Positions 8,242 through 18,309 are shown, counted from the first letter of the stretch. The stretch is 64,000 nucleotides of DNA from Syntrophaceae bacterium (GCA_018436925.1 JAHDKI010000005.1:6906-70905); one strand, 5' to 3'. Notes: generated by a model not told the origin, from the letters alone. Numbers and translations: made by a program.

Positions 8242-8856
8242 ATGAAACAGTATCCGATTTTGAAAGGCGTTTTGGCCGCGCTAATCGCAGCGGTTTTTCT
8301 GACCGGCTGCGGCGCGTCGGGAACAAAGATCCTGATCAAAACCGACCAGTACAAGCCATCCTTCAACGCAGGCGAATTCAGCCGCTACAAGGGCAAAAAA
8401 GCGGTGCTGGCCAATTTCCACAACCAGGCGGCCAACACCACCACCTGGGGATACTCCAGCGGCGATAAAAAGTTTTATTATGAAGGCAATGAAAGGCTGG
8501 AGAGCTATTTCTGGAGCTGCTTTAAAAAATCGTTTGCGCATGCGGGCGTCCAGCTCGTTGATTATGTGTACGACCCCGCTTATCATGTCCGTTACTGGTG
8601 GGGCGTCGCCGGCTACCGGGCGCCCAAAGGCGTCCCCGAATTTCAGATGGTCTTGACATCGCTTTCCGATCAGGAATTTACGTTCAAAGTTTTTGTGTTC
8701 CGCGACGGCGAGACAAAGCTTGAAAAGGAAATGTCCGTGAAGACCCAGCCTGCGTCAACCGACAATGCGGCTGATCTGGAGAAAAGGTCCTACCGTCTGG
8801 TCGATCAGGCTTTCGTCACGATTCTGCGCGACCGCGATTTTCAGCGGGTGTTTTGA
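8242..8856 (+). CDS. hypothetical lipoprotein
   Basis: 204 aa with AAGGAGG upstream of the start and a signal peptide with lipobox (FLTGC). No family recognised. Confidence 0.7.
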   Translation: MKQYPILKGVLAALIAAVFLTGCGASGTKILIKTDQYKPSFNAGEFSRYKGKKAVLANFHNQAANTTTWGYSSGDKKFYYEGNERLESYFWSCFKKSFAHAGVQLVDYVYDPAYHVRYWWGVAGYRAPKGVPEFQMVLTSLSDQEFTFKVFVFRDGETKLEKEMSVKTQPASTDNAADLEKRSYRLVDQAFVTILRDRDFQRVF

Positions 8857-8859
8857 CCG

Positions 8860-8908
8860 GTAAAGCGTAAGGCGTAAGGTGTCAGGCGTGGGGAGTAAGG
8901 TGTAAAGG
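8860..8908 (+). repeat. tandem array of seven degenerate heptamers (GTAAAGC GTAAGGC GTAAGGT GTCAGGC GTGGGGA GTAAGGT GTAAAGG)
   Basis: Read directly from the sequence in strict 7-nt register, starting 4 nt after the lipoprotein stop codon. It is in the sense orientation relative to both flanking + strand genes. Confidence 0.8.
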
Positions 8909-8975
8909 CGCGAGCGAGTGGATTTTCGACGGCCGCGCACCAAGCGGATAATGCTTTTTCGAAATAGAAGACGCG

Positions 8976-10292
8976 ATGGATATTTTCTTATACATGATTC
9001 TTGCCGGTCTGCTCGTGCTTGCGGCGCTGCATATCTTGCAGTTGCGCCGCAGCCGGGTGGACCTGGGACCGCTTTTCGAAAAGCTCGCGGCGCTCAAAGA
9101 CGCGCAGGAACGGACCGACCGCTCGGTGCGGGATGAAATCGCCCGCGCGCGCGCCGAAACCCAGTCCTACTCAAAGCAGGAGCGCACGGAGCTCGCGTCG
9201 TCGCTTCAAGCCTTCGGGGAAACGGTTCAAAAGAGCATCGCTGAAATCGCCCGGCTGCAAAATGATCAGTTGGAAAGCTTCGCCAGGCAGATCAGCGTGC
9301 TCACCTCGGCCAATGAAAAAAAGCTGGAGGACATCCGCTCGATTATTGACGGCAAGCTTAAATCCATTCAGGAGGACAACGCCCGCCAGCTCGACCGGAT
9401 GCGGGAAACCGTTGATGAAAAGCTGCAAAGCACGCTGGAAAAACGTCTGGGCGAATCCTTCAAACAGGTTTCCGAACGCCTGGAAGTGGTGCATCAGGGC
9501 TTGGGCGATATGCGCCAGTTGGCCTCCGGCGTGGGCGACCTCAAACGGGTGCTGTCCAATGTGAAATCGCGCGGCACCTGGGGCGAGGTGCAGTTGGGCG
9601 CGCTTTTGGAAGAAATTCTCTCCGCCGAACAGTATCTGAAAAATGTCAAAGTGAAGGAGGGAAGCCAGGATTTTGTCGAGTTCGCCATCAAGCTGCCCGG
9701 ACAGGGCAACGGCGGCGATTCAGTGCTCATTCCGGTGGATGCCAAATTTCCCATGGAGGATTACGCGCGACTCGTCGATGCTCAGGACCGGGGCGATCTG
9801 CCTCAAACGGAAGAGGCGATCCGGCAGTTGGAAGCAAGCATCAAGAAAGCCGCGAAGGATATTTCTTCAAAATATCTTGCCCCGCCCAAAACCACGGATT
9901 TCGGCATCATGTTTTTGCCGTCGGAAGGCCTGTATGCGGAAGTGATCCGCCGGGTTGCGCTCGTCCAGACGCTGCAGCGCGAAAGCCATATTGTGATTTC
10001 CGGCCCCTCGACGTTTGCCGCTTTCTTAAACAGTTTGCAGATGGGTTTCCGCGCGCTGGCCATTCAGAAGCGCTCCGGCGAAGTGTGGAAGGTGCTGGGT
10101 GAAGTCAAAACGGCCTTTGGCCGCTTTGGAGAGTCGCTCGACACGATCCGCAAAAGATTGGAGCAGGCGGCCAGTTCCGTCGATGACGCGCAGAAGAAAA
10201 CCCGCACGCTCGCCGGCAAACTCAAGTCGGTCGAAGAGCTGCCGGAGCCGACGCAACCCTCCCTCACCATCGCGGACACGCAAGCCGATTAA
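8976..10292 (+). CDS. rmuC: DNA recombination protein RmuC
   Basis: N-terminal TM helix, long coiled-coil region, then RGTWGEVQLGALLEEIL, EFAIKLPG, IPVDAKFPMEDY and MFLPSEGLYAE, all typical of RmuC. Confidence 0.88.
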   Translation: MDIFLYMILAGLLVLAALHILQLRRSRVDLGPLFEKLAALKDAQERTDRSVRDEIARARAETQSYSKQERTELASSLQAFGETVQKSIAEIARLQNDQLESFARQISVLTSANEKKLEDIRSIIDGKLKSIQEDNARQLDRMRETVDEKLQSTLEKRLGESFKQVSERLEVVHQGLGDMRQLASGVGDLKRVLSNVKSRGTWGEVQLGALLEEILSAEQYLKNVKVKEGSQDFVEFAIKLPGQGNGGDSVLIPVDAKFPMEDYARLVDAQDRGDLPQTEEAIRQLEASIKKAAKDISSKYLAPPKTTDFGIMFLPSEGLYAEVIRRVALVQTLQRESHIVISGPSTFAAFLNSLQMGFRALAIQKRSGEVWKVLGEVKTAFGRFGESLDTIRKRLEQAASSVDDAQKKTRTLAGKLKSVEELPEPTQPSLTIADTQAD

Positions 10293-10304
10293 CCCGCCGG
10301 GCGC

Positions 10305-11336
10305 TCAATCCTCGATGGACACAAGCGCGTGCCCTTCTTCGGCGCAGCGGCACAAATCGATCATCCGCGTGGGCAATAGCCCCAGATCGAGGATCATTTC
10401 ATGATCCAGGCGGCTTTCGCGCCCGGTGGTCGTCAGATAGTTCCCCGTCATCAATGAATTCGCTCCCGCCACAATGCCCAGCGGCAGAAGTTGCCGCAGA
10501 TTTTTTTCCTTCCCGCCGCACAGTTTGATGTCTTTGTCCGGCAGCATAAAGCGGAAAACGGCAATCGTCATGAGAATCTCCATCGGCGGCAGAGGCGGCA
10601 TGGCGGATAGCGGCGTGCCGGGGATGGGATTAAGAATATTGACGGGAACCGAATCGACGTCAAGTTCGGCCAGCGTGGCGGCCATCTCAATGCGGTGGGT
10701 CACCCCTTCCCCCATCCCGATCAGCCCCCCGGCGCAGACGCTCAACCCCGCGGCCTTGGCGACGTGCAGGGTTTCCACATCTTCTTCATAATCATGCGTG
10801 GTGCAGATGTTTGGAAAAAAGCTGCGCGCGGTTTCCAGATTGTGGTGATAGCGGCAAAGCCCGGCGTTTTTGAGGGCGCGGGCCTTGGCCGCGTCGAGAA
10901 TCCCTAAAGAGGCGCAGGCGCAAAGGCCGAGTTTTGAGACGCCTTCAACGGCTGCAAGAATGTCCGACCATTCTTTTTTGCTTTTGATCCGCTTGCCGCT
11001 GGTGACGATGCCGAAGAATTCCGCGCCGTCCTTTTTAGCCCGGGCAGCCTCTTTCAGAATTTGGCCGGGGGATTTCAGCGGATACAAGACGGCGTCGGTC
11101 CGCCAATGCGATGATTGCGCGCAGAAGGCGCAATCTTCCAAACAGCGGCCGGATTTGGCGTTGGTAATGCCGCATAAAATGATGTGTTTCCCCTTGAACC
11201 GCTCGCGGATCTCGGAGGCGGCCGCCAGAATCCGCCATGGAGAATTCGATCCTTCAATGAACAACTCCAGCGCGTCCGCTGCCGCGACGCCCCGACCTTT
11301 GAGCGCTTCCCTTTTGAGCTTTTCGATGGATGCCAT
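10305..11336 (-). CDS. bioB: biotin synthase
   Basis: Radical-SAM CLEDCAFCAQS motif plus BioB-like GAEFFGIVTSG and CAGGLIGMGE segments. Confidence 0.9.
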   Translation of the reverse strand: MASIEKLKREALKGRGVAAADALELFIEGSNSPWRILAAASEIRERFKGKHIILCGITNAKSGRCLEDCAFCAQSSHWRTDAVLYPLKSPGQILKEAARAKKDGAEFFGIVTSGKRIKSKKEWSDILAAVEGVSKLGLCACASLGILDAAKARALKNAGLCRYHHNLETARSFFPNICTTHDYEEDVETLHVAKAAGLSVCAGGLIGMGEGVTHRIEMAATLAELDVDSVPVNILNPIPGTPLSAMPPLPPMEILMTIAVFRFMLPDKDIKLCGGKEKNLRQLLPLGIVAGANSLMTGNYLTTTGRESRLDHEMILDLGLLPTRMIDLCRCAEEGHALVSIED

Positions 11337-11393
11337 GGTTCAACCTCTGGAAATTTGACGGCAGTTTTAGAGGAAGCTCCTGCATCTGTCAAT

Positions 11394-11810
11394 TTATAAA
11401 TGATAGTCGCCTGCGGCCTCCGGCTGATAGATAATCTCATCGACGCGCACCTTCCGAACCCCTGATGGAACAGGCCACTGGATGATATCGCCTCTGCGGT
11501 ATCCCAGAAGCGCCATGCCCAGAGGCGCCAAAATGGAAAGCTTGTTTTCCGAAATGTTCGCCGCGGAAGGAAAAACCAGGGTGTAGGTCATCGCCTCGCC
11601 CGATTCGGTATCCGTAATGCCGACTTTGGAATTCATCGTGACGACATCCTGCGGAATATCTTTCGAATCCACAACCACTGCCCGGTAGAGTTCCTTTTCC
11701 AGCAGGTCCAGGTTTGCCTGGTTGGCCTTGGAAGACAGGCGCAGTCCGTCGATCAGCTCCACAAGCCTGTCCATATCGAATTGCGTAATGTGTATGTTGC
11801 GCTCAGCCAT
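11394..11810 (-). CDS. rnk: GreA/GreB-family regulator Rnk (regulator of nucleoside diphosphate kinase)
   Basis: Start at the internal ATG (MAERNIHITQFD...). The C-terminus YQPEAAGDYHL closely matches the E. coli Rnk terminus (YQPEAAGDYLL). It also has VVTMNSKV and LSILAPLGMALLGYRRGD. Confidence 0.85.
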   Translation of the reverse strand: MAERNIHITQFDMDRLVELIDGLRLSSKANQANLDLLEKELYRAVVVDSKDIPQDVVTMNSKVGITDTESGEAMTYTLVFPSAANISENKLSILAPLGMALLGYRRGDIIQWPVPSGVRKVRVDEIIYQPEAAGDYHL

Positions 11811-12096
11811 GATTTGCGTATCCTCCCTGAGGTGTATTTGCACTGTTGGATGGGTGTTTGGGAAAACAAACGAACCCGCCTTGATGCGGGAAATGAATTG
11901 ACCTTGGCGCAAACTATATGCCAAGACGTCGCTCCTGTCAATCAAAGAAGCCCCCGGCGGACCTTTCCGGAGCCTATTGGGCCGCGGCAAGACCTTTTTC
12001 ATCAAGTCAACGGGAAACGATGACGATATGATTCAGAGGTGCGGAAAAAGTATTCTATTGACACCGCCTCAAAAACATTTTAGGGATGACGTCGCT

Positions 12097-13650
12097 ATGA
12101 GAAATCGATGGATGTGTCTGGTATTCTTTCTGTTTTGTCTCATTGTCTCCGGTCTGGCCGAAGCGTCCGATCCCCGGCATCCGCCTTTAGAAAAAACGCC
12201 CGCCGCCGTCGACAAAGACCTGTCGCGCCTGACGCTTCAAGACTGCCTGGACATCGCGTTTGCGGGCAGCAGGCTGCGCCTGATTTCGGCCGAATCCGTT
12301 AAAATTGCCGAAGCGCAATACGGACAGGCCCTTTCCGGCCATTGGCCCCAGGTCAAATTTTCGATGACCGGCGTGCGCATGGACGAAGACCCGACCTTTC
12401 TTTTCCCTTCACAGCCTCTGAATCTGGGCGCGGCGGGCCGGCCCTTTGCCGAAGCCATCGCCAATGCGCAACTGGCCAAAATGGGCATCACCCCCGATTC
12501 GGTGGGCCTTGCCGCCTACAACAATGCGCTTGCGGCTGCGACGGCCGAAGCCATGAGGGGGTTAAGCATGGCCTCCATGCCGGCCTACAACGTGAAACTC
12601 ATGGACCGGGATCTGCTTACGTCCACGCTGAGTTTGATCTATCCGCTCTACACGGGAGGGAAAGTATCCTCCCTGACCCGCCAGGCGAAAGCCGGTGTGG
12701 ACGCAAGCAAAGAGGAAGCCCGCCGGACCGATCTGCAGATTGTCCGGGACATTAAGCAGTATTATTATGGTTATGTTTTTTCCAAGGCGCTGCACCGCCT
12801 GGGTCGTCAAACCCTGGAGCGCTTCGCGGCCACCGAATCGCTCACGCAAGAGGTCTATCGGCACGGCTCCGGACGGGTGAAGAAAACGGATTATCTGCGC
12901 TCGAAAATGATGACCGCCGCCGTGTGCTCCGCCGTGGAAATGATGAAATCCAATGAAGAACTCACCCGATCGGCGCTGGCCAACACCATGGGCCTTCCCT
13001 GGAATATTCCCGTCGATGTCGCCGAGACGGATATTCCCTTCAGCCCCTTCGGTCGCGAGCTTGATGAACTGGTCGCCTCGGCGCAAACGCACAATCCGCA
13101 GATGAATCAGGTGCGTTTGGGACTCGGGGCCGCGGACGCAAAAATCTCGGAAGCCCGCTCCGGCCATCTGCCGGTTGTCGCGATTTTCGGCAATCTGACC
13201 AGGCTGGATAATTCTTATTCGGGCGGCCTCATCACGGATGAAAACCGGAATTCCTGGCAGGTCGGCGTGTCGCTGGAGCTGCCGATATTCAACGGGTTCC
13301 GGACGAGCAAGGAAGTGCAGGAGGCAAGGCTTCGCCATGAAAAGCTGCGCCAGGAAAGCCTTCTTCTGTCCGAAGGCGTCGCCCTTCAGGTAAAAAACGC
13401 TTTTTTGCAGATTGCGCGTTCGCAGGCGCAGGTGCAATCCGGCCGCGAGGCCCTGGAGACCGCCGCGGAAAACGCCGATCTCCATATCCGCGCCTACGCC
13501 CAGGGGATGGTGGAAACCCGCGAAATCATCGAATCGCAACTCATGGAGTTCGTCATGCACGGACAATATCTCAAAGCTTTGTATGATCATCAGGTCAATC
13601 AGGCGCATCTGGACTATCTGATCGGAAAGAGTATCCATGAAAACCATTAA
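12097..13650 (+). CDS. TolC-family outer membrane efflux protein
   Basis: ATG 12097 gives a signal peptide (MRNRWMCLVFFLFCLIVSGLAEA). It has the duplicated OEP-type repeat architecture (LTLQDCLDIAF..., YPLYTGGK, LPIFNGFRT). No cognate MFP or pump gene is adjacent. Confidence 0.85.
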   Translation: MRNRWMCLVFFLFCLIVSGLAEASDPRHPPLEKTPAAVDKDLSRLTLQDCLDIAFAGSRLRLISAESVKIAEAQYGQALSGHWPQVKFSMTGVRMDEDPTFLFPSQPLNLGAAGRPFAEAIANAQLAKMGITPDSVGLAAYNNALAAATAEAMRGLSMASMPAYNVKLMDRDLLTSTLSLIYPLYTGGKVSSLTRQAKAGVDASKEEARRTDLQIVRDIKQYYYGYVFSKALHRLGRQTLERFAATESLTQEVYRHGSGRVKKTDYLRSKMMTAAVCSAVEMMKSNEELTRSALANTMGLPWNIPVDVAETDIPFSPFGRELDELVASAQTHNPQMNQVRLGLGAADAKISEARSGHLPVVAIFGNLTRLDNSYSGGLITDENRNSWQVGVSLELPIFNGFRTSKEVQEARLRHEKLRQESLLLSEGVALQVKNAFLQIARSQAQVQSGREALETAAENADLHIRAYAQGMVETREIIESQLMEFVMHGQYLKALYDHQVNQAHLDYLIGKSIHENH

Positions 13651-14527
13651 ACGGGTCTGTCTTGCCGCTTTACTCGTCGGTCTTTTTTCTTTTTCGATCT
13701 TTGCGCACGCCGAGGACAAACCAAGGTTGTTCGTCGGTTATTCCGTGCGGGGCATGGCGGATGTGGACCCGAAAGACGCGGAAGCCGCGCTTCGGGTCTG
13801 GTCTCAGGAAATCGGTTACCGCTTCGGATTCGATCTGGTGACCCAGCTTTATGATTCATCCGACCGGCTGGCCCGGGATTTCCAAGACAGGAAGCTGGAT
13901 TTTGTCACACTGCCCGTTCTGGACTATCTGCGGCTGGCCCCGGTTTTGAACGCCCGTCCGGAACTCGGCATGGTGCGCGACAACAGCCCCACCACCAAAT
14001 ATCTGCTGCTCGTCCCCCGCCCCGCCGCCAAAGACGGCCTGGCCGGCCTGAAAAACCAGCGTCTGGCGGTGATGCACCATAATCAGTTGGGAAGACTTTT
14101 TCTCAACACAGAGCTTCTAAAAGCCGGATTGCCGGAATCGGACCGCTTGTTTGGTTCCGTCCAGGAAAAAAGCAAGGAGTCGCAAGCGGTTCTGGCTGTC
14201 TTTTTCGGCCAGGCCGACGCCTGTCTGGTCAGTGATAAGGCGTTTAAAACCATGGAGGAGCTCAACCCGCAAGTGGGCAAAAAACTCCAGATTCTGCTTG
14301 AGTCCCCCGGTTTTGTGGACGTCGTCGGGTTCTTTCACCCCGATTACCCAAAAGTCCACAAAGAAACGGCCATCGGCGGCATGCGCGGCGACATCAAAGA
14401 ATTTGAACGCGGCAGACAGATCATGATCCTGTTTAATGTGGACCGTGTAGACCGAATTCGCGAAGAAGATTTCAACGCCGTAAAAAAAATGGTCTCCGAT
14501 TACGATCGTTTGAAAAGAAAAAAATGA
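13637..14527 (+). CDS. periplasmic substrate-binding protein, PhnD-like (type 2 PBP)
   Basis: Signal peptide, then PhnD/PBP-like segments (RKLDFVTLPVLDYL, YLLLVPRPAAKDGLAGLKNQRLAV, AVLAVFFGQADACLV). The start overlaps the TolC-like stop by 14 nt. Confidence 0.6.
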   Translation: MKTIKRVCLAALLVGLFSFSIFAHAEDKPRLFVGYSVRGMADVDPKDAEAALRVWSQEIGYRFGFDLVTQLYDSSDRLARDFQDRKLDFVTLPVLDYLRLAPVLNARPELGMVRDNSPTTKYLLLVPRPAAKDGLAGLKNQRLAVMHHNQLGRLFLNTELLKAGLPESDRLFGSVQEKSKESQAVLAVFFGQADACLVSDKAFKTMEELNPQVGKKLQILLESPGFVDVVGFFHPDYPKVHKETAIGGMRGDIKEFERGRQIMILFNVDRVDRIREEDFNAVKKMVSDYDRLKRKK

Positions 14528-14544
14528 AGGATTGATGGTTTTTC

Positions 14545-16962
14545 ATGGCGGGATTACGCGACAAAATCAGCGTCTTATTGCGCAGCCGGGGCATCTTCTT
14601 CCGCCTGTTCGTCGTCATGATGTTGCTTGCCAGTCTGCTGATTGCCGCCTTCGCCGTCATGATCATTCCCCGCGAGCGGTCGGCCCTGCTTCAGGCCATG
14701 GCCTCGCAAGCCAGCAATATCGCCGCGTCCATCTCGGAGGCGACTGCGTCTTCTTTTCTGAATGCGGATTACGGACCGGTCGTCGAGCATAATCTGCATC
14801 TCATCAAAAGAAGCAAAGACATCCTCTACATTATTGCCGTGCGCGAATCGGGTTTTTGCCTGGTGAATACACGCGACGGCTGGGAAACGCGGGAGGCGCC
14901 GGATGTCGCCTGGAGCGGACGCGAGCTGGCGCTGGAAGGCGGCATCATCGACAGCACTCTCGCCGGCGGCAAGGCTTACAACTTCGGCATGCCGCTGGAG
15001 TTTACCGGATACCAGTGGGGATTTCTCTATATCGGCTTGTCGGTTGACCATTACCGCGAGCAAATCCGGGAAACCTATTGGTTCATCTTTTACTTAAGCG
15101 CGTTTTGTCTGGTTTTCGCAGCTATTTTGTCCTATTTTCTGGCCAGCCGTTTCACCCGGCCGATCCGGTCGCTTAGGCATGCCGCCATCCGCATCGCGGA
15201 AGGGGATCTGGAGGCGCGGGCCCACGTCTCCGGCAGCGATGAGGTCGGCGAGCTGGCGCTGTCGTTCAACGCCATGACGGAAAAGATGATCGCGTCGCAG
15301 AAAAAAATCAAAGACGCTTACGACGAACTGGAGATTTATCACAAAAATCTCGAGACTCTCGTGCAAAAACGGACGGCGGAATTGACTATCATCAACCGGC
15401 GTCTTGAGGAGGAGCTTTCGGAAAGACAAAAGGCCGAACAGGCTCTGGCGGCCTCCGAACGCCGCTACCGCGTCATTTTTGAAACGGCGGGAAGCGCCAA
15501 TATGATCGTCGCCGAAGACGATGCCATTTTGATGGTCAACGCCGCCTTTGAAAAAATATCGGGTTTTGCCAGGGCGGATGTGGAAGGCAGGAAAACCTGG
15601 CTTGATTTCTTTTCGAAGGAGGATCAAAGCAAGCTTTCAAAACGGCGGCGGCGCGCGGAGCGTGGCCGGGAAAGCGCACTGGAGGATTTCGAAGCGACGC
15701 TTGTCGATTCCGAAGGAGACCCTCATGTGGTCTATCTGACCATCGGATCGATTCCCGGTTCCGGGCAGTCGGTTTTTTCCTTCATCGATCTGACGCAGAT
15801 CAAGCGCCTGGAGGCTCAGCTTTTGCAATCGCAGAAGATGGAAGCCGTGGGGCAACTGGCAGGCGGCGTCGCGCACGACTTCAACAATATCCTGACCGCC
15901 ATTATCGGCTATGCCAGCCTTCTGAAGATGCAGGTCGATCACGACGAAAACCTTCTTCCCTATGTCGAGCCGATTATCTCTTCGGCGGAGAAAGCCGCCC
16001 AACTGACCCAGGGGCTTCTGGCGTTTAGCCGCAAGCAGATTATTGAACCCAAGAAGTTCAACGTCAACGAGGCCATCTATAAAGTGGAGCACCTGCTCAG
16101 AAGGCTGCTGGGTGAGGATGTTGAATTGAAGACGATGTTGTCCGACGTGCCTCTGATTGTTTTTGCCGATGTCGGCCAGATCGAACAGGTTTTGATCAAT
16201 CTGTCCACCAACGCCCGGGACGCCATGCCGGAAGGCGGCTATCTTTCCATCCGCACGGACACGGTATGGCTGAGCGAAGACCATTTAGTCGGCGAGGATG
16301 CTTTTGAAATGCACCCCGGCCAATACGCCCGCATCACCGTGTCGGACACCGGATCGGGAATGGATCAGGAAACGATCGCTCATATTTTCGAACCGTTTTT
16401 CACAACTAAGGAAGTCGGCAAAGGCACGGGGCTGGGCCTGGCGATTGCCTACGGCGTGGTCAAACAGCACAACGGCTCCATCCACGTTTACAGCGAACCC
16501 GGTACGGGCACAACCTTCAGAATTTACCTTCCTCTTTTCGCGTCGCAGAATATTGAAGACAAGTCCGAGGAAGTCAGGCATCCCGAAAAGGGGCATGAAA
16601 CGATCCTGCTGGCCGAAGACGATGACACGGCGCGGGAACTGTACCATCTGGTGCTTGAGAAGTTCGGCTATTTCGTCATTGAAGCGGCCGACGGGGAAGA
16701 GGCGGTCGAGAAATTTGCAAAGTACAAAGACCGGATCGATCTGGCGCTGCTCGATGTGATTATGCCGAAGAAAAACGGACGCGTGGCCTTCGATGACATT
16801 TCCGCCATCAAACCCGGCATCAAAGCGCTATTTATCAGCGGCTACACGGCGGACATCATCCACAAAAAAGGCATTTTTGAAAGCCACATCCACTTTATTT
16901 CCAAACCCTTCACGCCGGAAACCCTGGCCGGCAAAATTCGCGACGTTCTCGACGCCGACTGA
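14545..16962 (+). CDS. hybrid sensor histidine kinase (periplasmic sensor, HAMP, PAS, HisKA, HATPase, receiver)
   Basis: Two TM helices flank a ~150-aa periplasmic domain. HAMP (RPIRSLRHAAIRIAEGDL), PAS (ERRYRVIFETAGSA), H-box (VAHDFNNILTAI), N/G boxes (NLSTNARDAM, DTGSGM, GKGTGLGL) and a receiver domain (ILLAEDDD...LLDVIMPKKNG). Confidence 0.92.
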   Translation: MAGLRDKISVLLRSRGIFFRLFVVMMLLASLLIAAFAVMIIPRERSALLQAMASQASNIAASISEATASSFLNADYGPVVEHNLHLIKRSKDILYIIAVRESGFCLVNTRDGWETREAPDVAWSGRELALEGGIIDSTLAGGKAYNFGMPLEFTGYQWGFLYIGLSVDHYREQIRETYWFIFYLSAFCLVFAAILSYFLASRFTRPIRSLRHAAIRIAEGDLEARAHVSGSDEVGELALSFNAMTEKMIASQKKIKDAYDELEIYHKNLETLVQKRTAELTIINRRLEEELSERQKAEQALAASERRYRVIFETAGSANMIVAEDDAILMVNAAFEKISGFARADVEGRKTWLDFFSKEDQSKLSKRRRRAERGRESALEDFEATLVDSEGDPHVVYLTIGSIPGSGQSVFSFIDLTQIKRLEAQLLQSQKMEAVGQLAGGVAHDFNNILTAIIGYASLLKMQVDHDENLLPYVEPIISSAEKAAQLTQGLLAFSRKQIIEPKKFNVNEAIYKVEHLLRRLLGEDVELKTMLSDVPLIVFADVGQIEQVLINLSTNARDAMPEGGYLSIRTDTVWLSEDHLVGEDAFEMHPGQYARITVSDTGSGMDQETIAHIFEPFFTTKEVGKGTGLGLAIAYGVVKQHNGSIHVYSEPGTGTTFRIYLPLFASQNIEDKSEEVRHPEKGHETILLAEDDDTARELYHLVLEKFGYFVIEAADGEEAVEKFAKYKDRIDLALLDVIMPKKNGRVAFDDISAIKPGIKALFISGYTADIIHKKGIFESHIHFISKPFTPETLAGKIRDVLDAD

Positions 16963-16974
16963 AAAAGAAACCCT

Positions 16975-18252
16975 TTATTGAGAGGACAGCATGAAGGCGA
17001 GATCTCCCGCGTCGCTCCGGCTGTCTTTGGCCGCCACGGCGCTGTAAAACACCGACCGGGCGAAAACCTGATCGACCGCCGCGGCCAACTGCCGGAACTC
17101 GGGCATTGACGCCTTCGCCACGGCGGGACCGGCTTCCATCTTAAAGCGCGCCGGATTGATCGGGCGGCCGTTTTGCCGCATTTCATAATGCAGGTGCGGT
17201 CCGGTGGCCAGACCCGTCATGCCCACGTAGCCCATCAGATCGCCCTGCTGAACCGTTTTGCCGGCCCCGACGCCCGGAGCAATTCGGGACAAATGTCCGT
17301 AATAGGTTTGCATGCCGTTTCGGTGAGACAGGATCACCAGTTTGCCGTATTGGCCTTTGTATCCGGAAAAGGTCACGCGTCCGTCGGCGGTGGCGGAGAC
17401 CGGCGTGCCGGTCGGCGCGGCGTAATCAATGCCGTGATGGGGCCGATGAATTCTCAAAATCGGATGACGCCGTGAATGTGAAAAAGACGAGCTGATCCGC
17501 CGGAAACTCAAAGGCGCCTTTAAAAAAGCTTTGCGCAGGGACTTGCCGTCCGGATCGAAGTAATCGCTGCGGCCGTTTTGATCAAACAGATAGGCTTTAT
17601 GCGTCCGGCCGTCGTTGATCATTTCAATCGCCAGAATCTTCCCGTACTTTTTGAATTCACCGTTGAGATAAAGCCCTTCCGCGATCACTTTAAAGCTGTC
17701 GCCTTTGCGCAAATCCACATTGAAGTCGATATCCCAGGCCAGAATATCGGAAAGGGAAATCGCCAGGCTCAAATCTTCTTTCGATGCGCCTAAGGCGCCG
17801 ACCAGCGTCTCTTCAATCTGTCCGGAAATCGTCAGCGCGCGCGATTCATAGGGCGTTTCGCATTTCTGCGCCGAAAAGCCGTCTTCCTGCCTTTCAATTT
17901 TGAGCTCCGTATTGTCGTTGATCTGATACGTAAAAGCGCTGACGCAATTGCGGTCGTCCACGACAAAACGGTAAGACTGCCCGGGATGAACCTGTCGCAG
18001 CCGGTAAACGCTGGCCGCCGCCTGCTTCATCGCGAAGAGCTCGTCGATGTTGAGGCCGTGCTTTTGGAAAATGCTGAAAAGGGTTTCACCCGGTTCGATG
18101 CTGCTTTCGATGGATTTCAGCGCAGGTTCCGAAGCGACAGAGGGCTCCGGTTCTTCCGTTTTGCTGAAATGGGGTGAAAAAAGTTGGTAGACAGGAAATA
18201 GTCCGACTAAAAAAATAATGGCAAAGGCAACTCCCGCTTTCTTTCCGATCAA
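16975..18252 (-). CDS. M23-family metallopeptidase with an OapA/LysM-like N-terminal region
   Basis: HHGIDYAAPTGTPV, GKLVILSHRNGMQTYYGHLS and GMTGLATGPHLHYEM are M23 signatures. TTG start with AAGGAGGGG upstream. Confidence 0.88.
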   Translation of the reverse strand: MIGKKAGVAFAIIFLVGLFPVYQLFSPHFSKTEEPEPSVASEPALKSIESSIEPGETLFSIFQKHGLNIDELFAMKQAAASVYRLRQVHPGQSYRFVVDDRNCVSAFTYQINDNTELKIERQEDGFSAQKCETPYESRALTISGQIEETLVGALGASKEDLSLAISLSDILAWDIDFNVDLRKGDSFKVIAEGLYLNGEFKKYGKILAIEMINDGRTHKAYLFDQNGRSDYFDPDGKSLRKAFLKAPLSFRRISSSFSHSRRHPILRIHRPHHGIDYAAPTGTPVSATADGRVTFSGYKGQYGKLVILSHRNGMQTYYGHLSRIAPGVGAGKTVQQGDLMGYVGMTGLATGPHLHYEMRQNGRPINPARFKMEAGPAVAKASMPEFRQLAAAVDQVFARSVFYSAVAAKDSRSDAGDLAFMLSSQ

Positions 18253-18279
18253 ACCGTCCCCTCCTTAGAAATGTGCGTT

Positions 18280-18308
18280 TGCTGTCGTGCTGCTGTCTTG
18301 TTGCTGTC
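18280..18308 (-). promoter_or_regulatory. three direct GACAGCA repeats with exact 11-bp phasing, just downstream of the M23 peptidase promoter
   Basis: On the plus strand TGCTGTC occurs at 18280, 18291 and 18302. On the gene strand this reads GACAGCAACAA GACAGCAGCAC GACAGCAAACG. Confidence 0.5.
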
Positions 18309-18309
18309 T

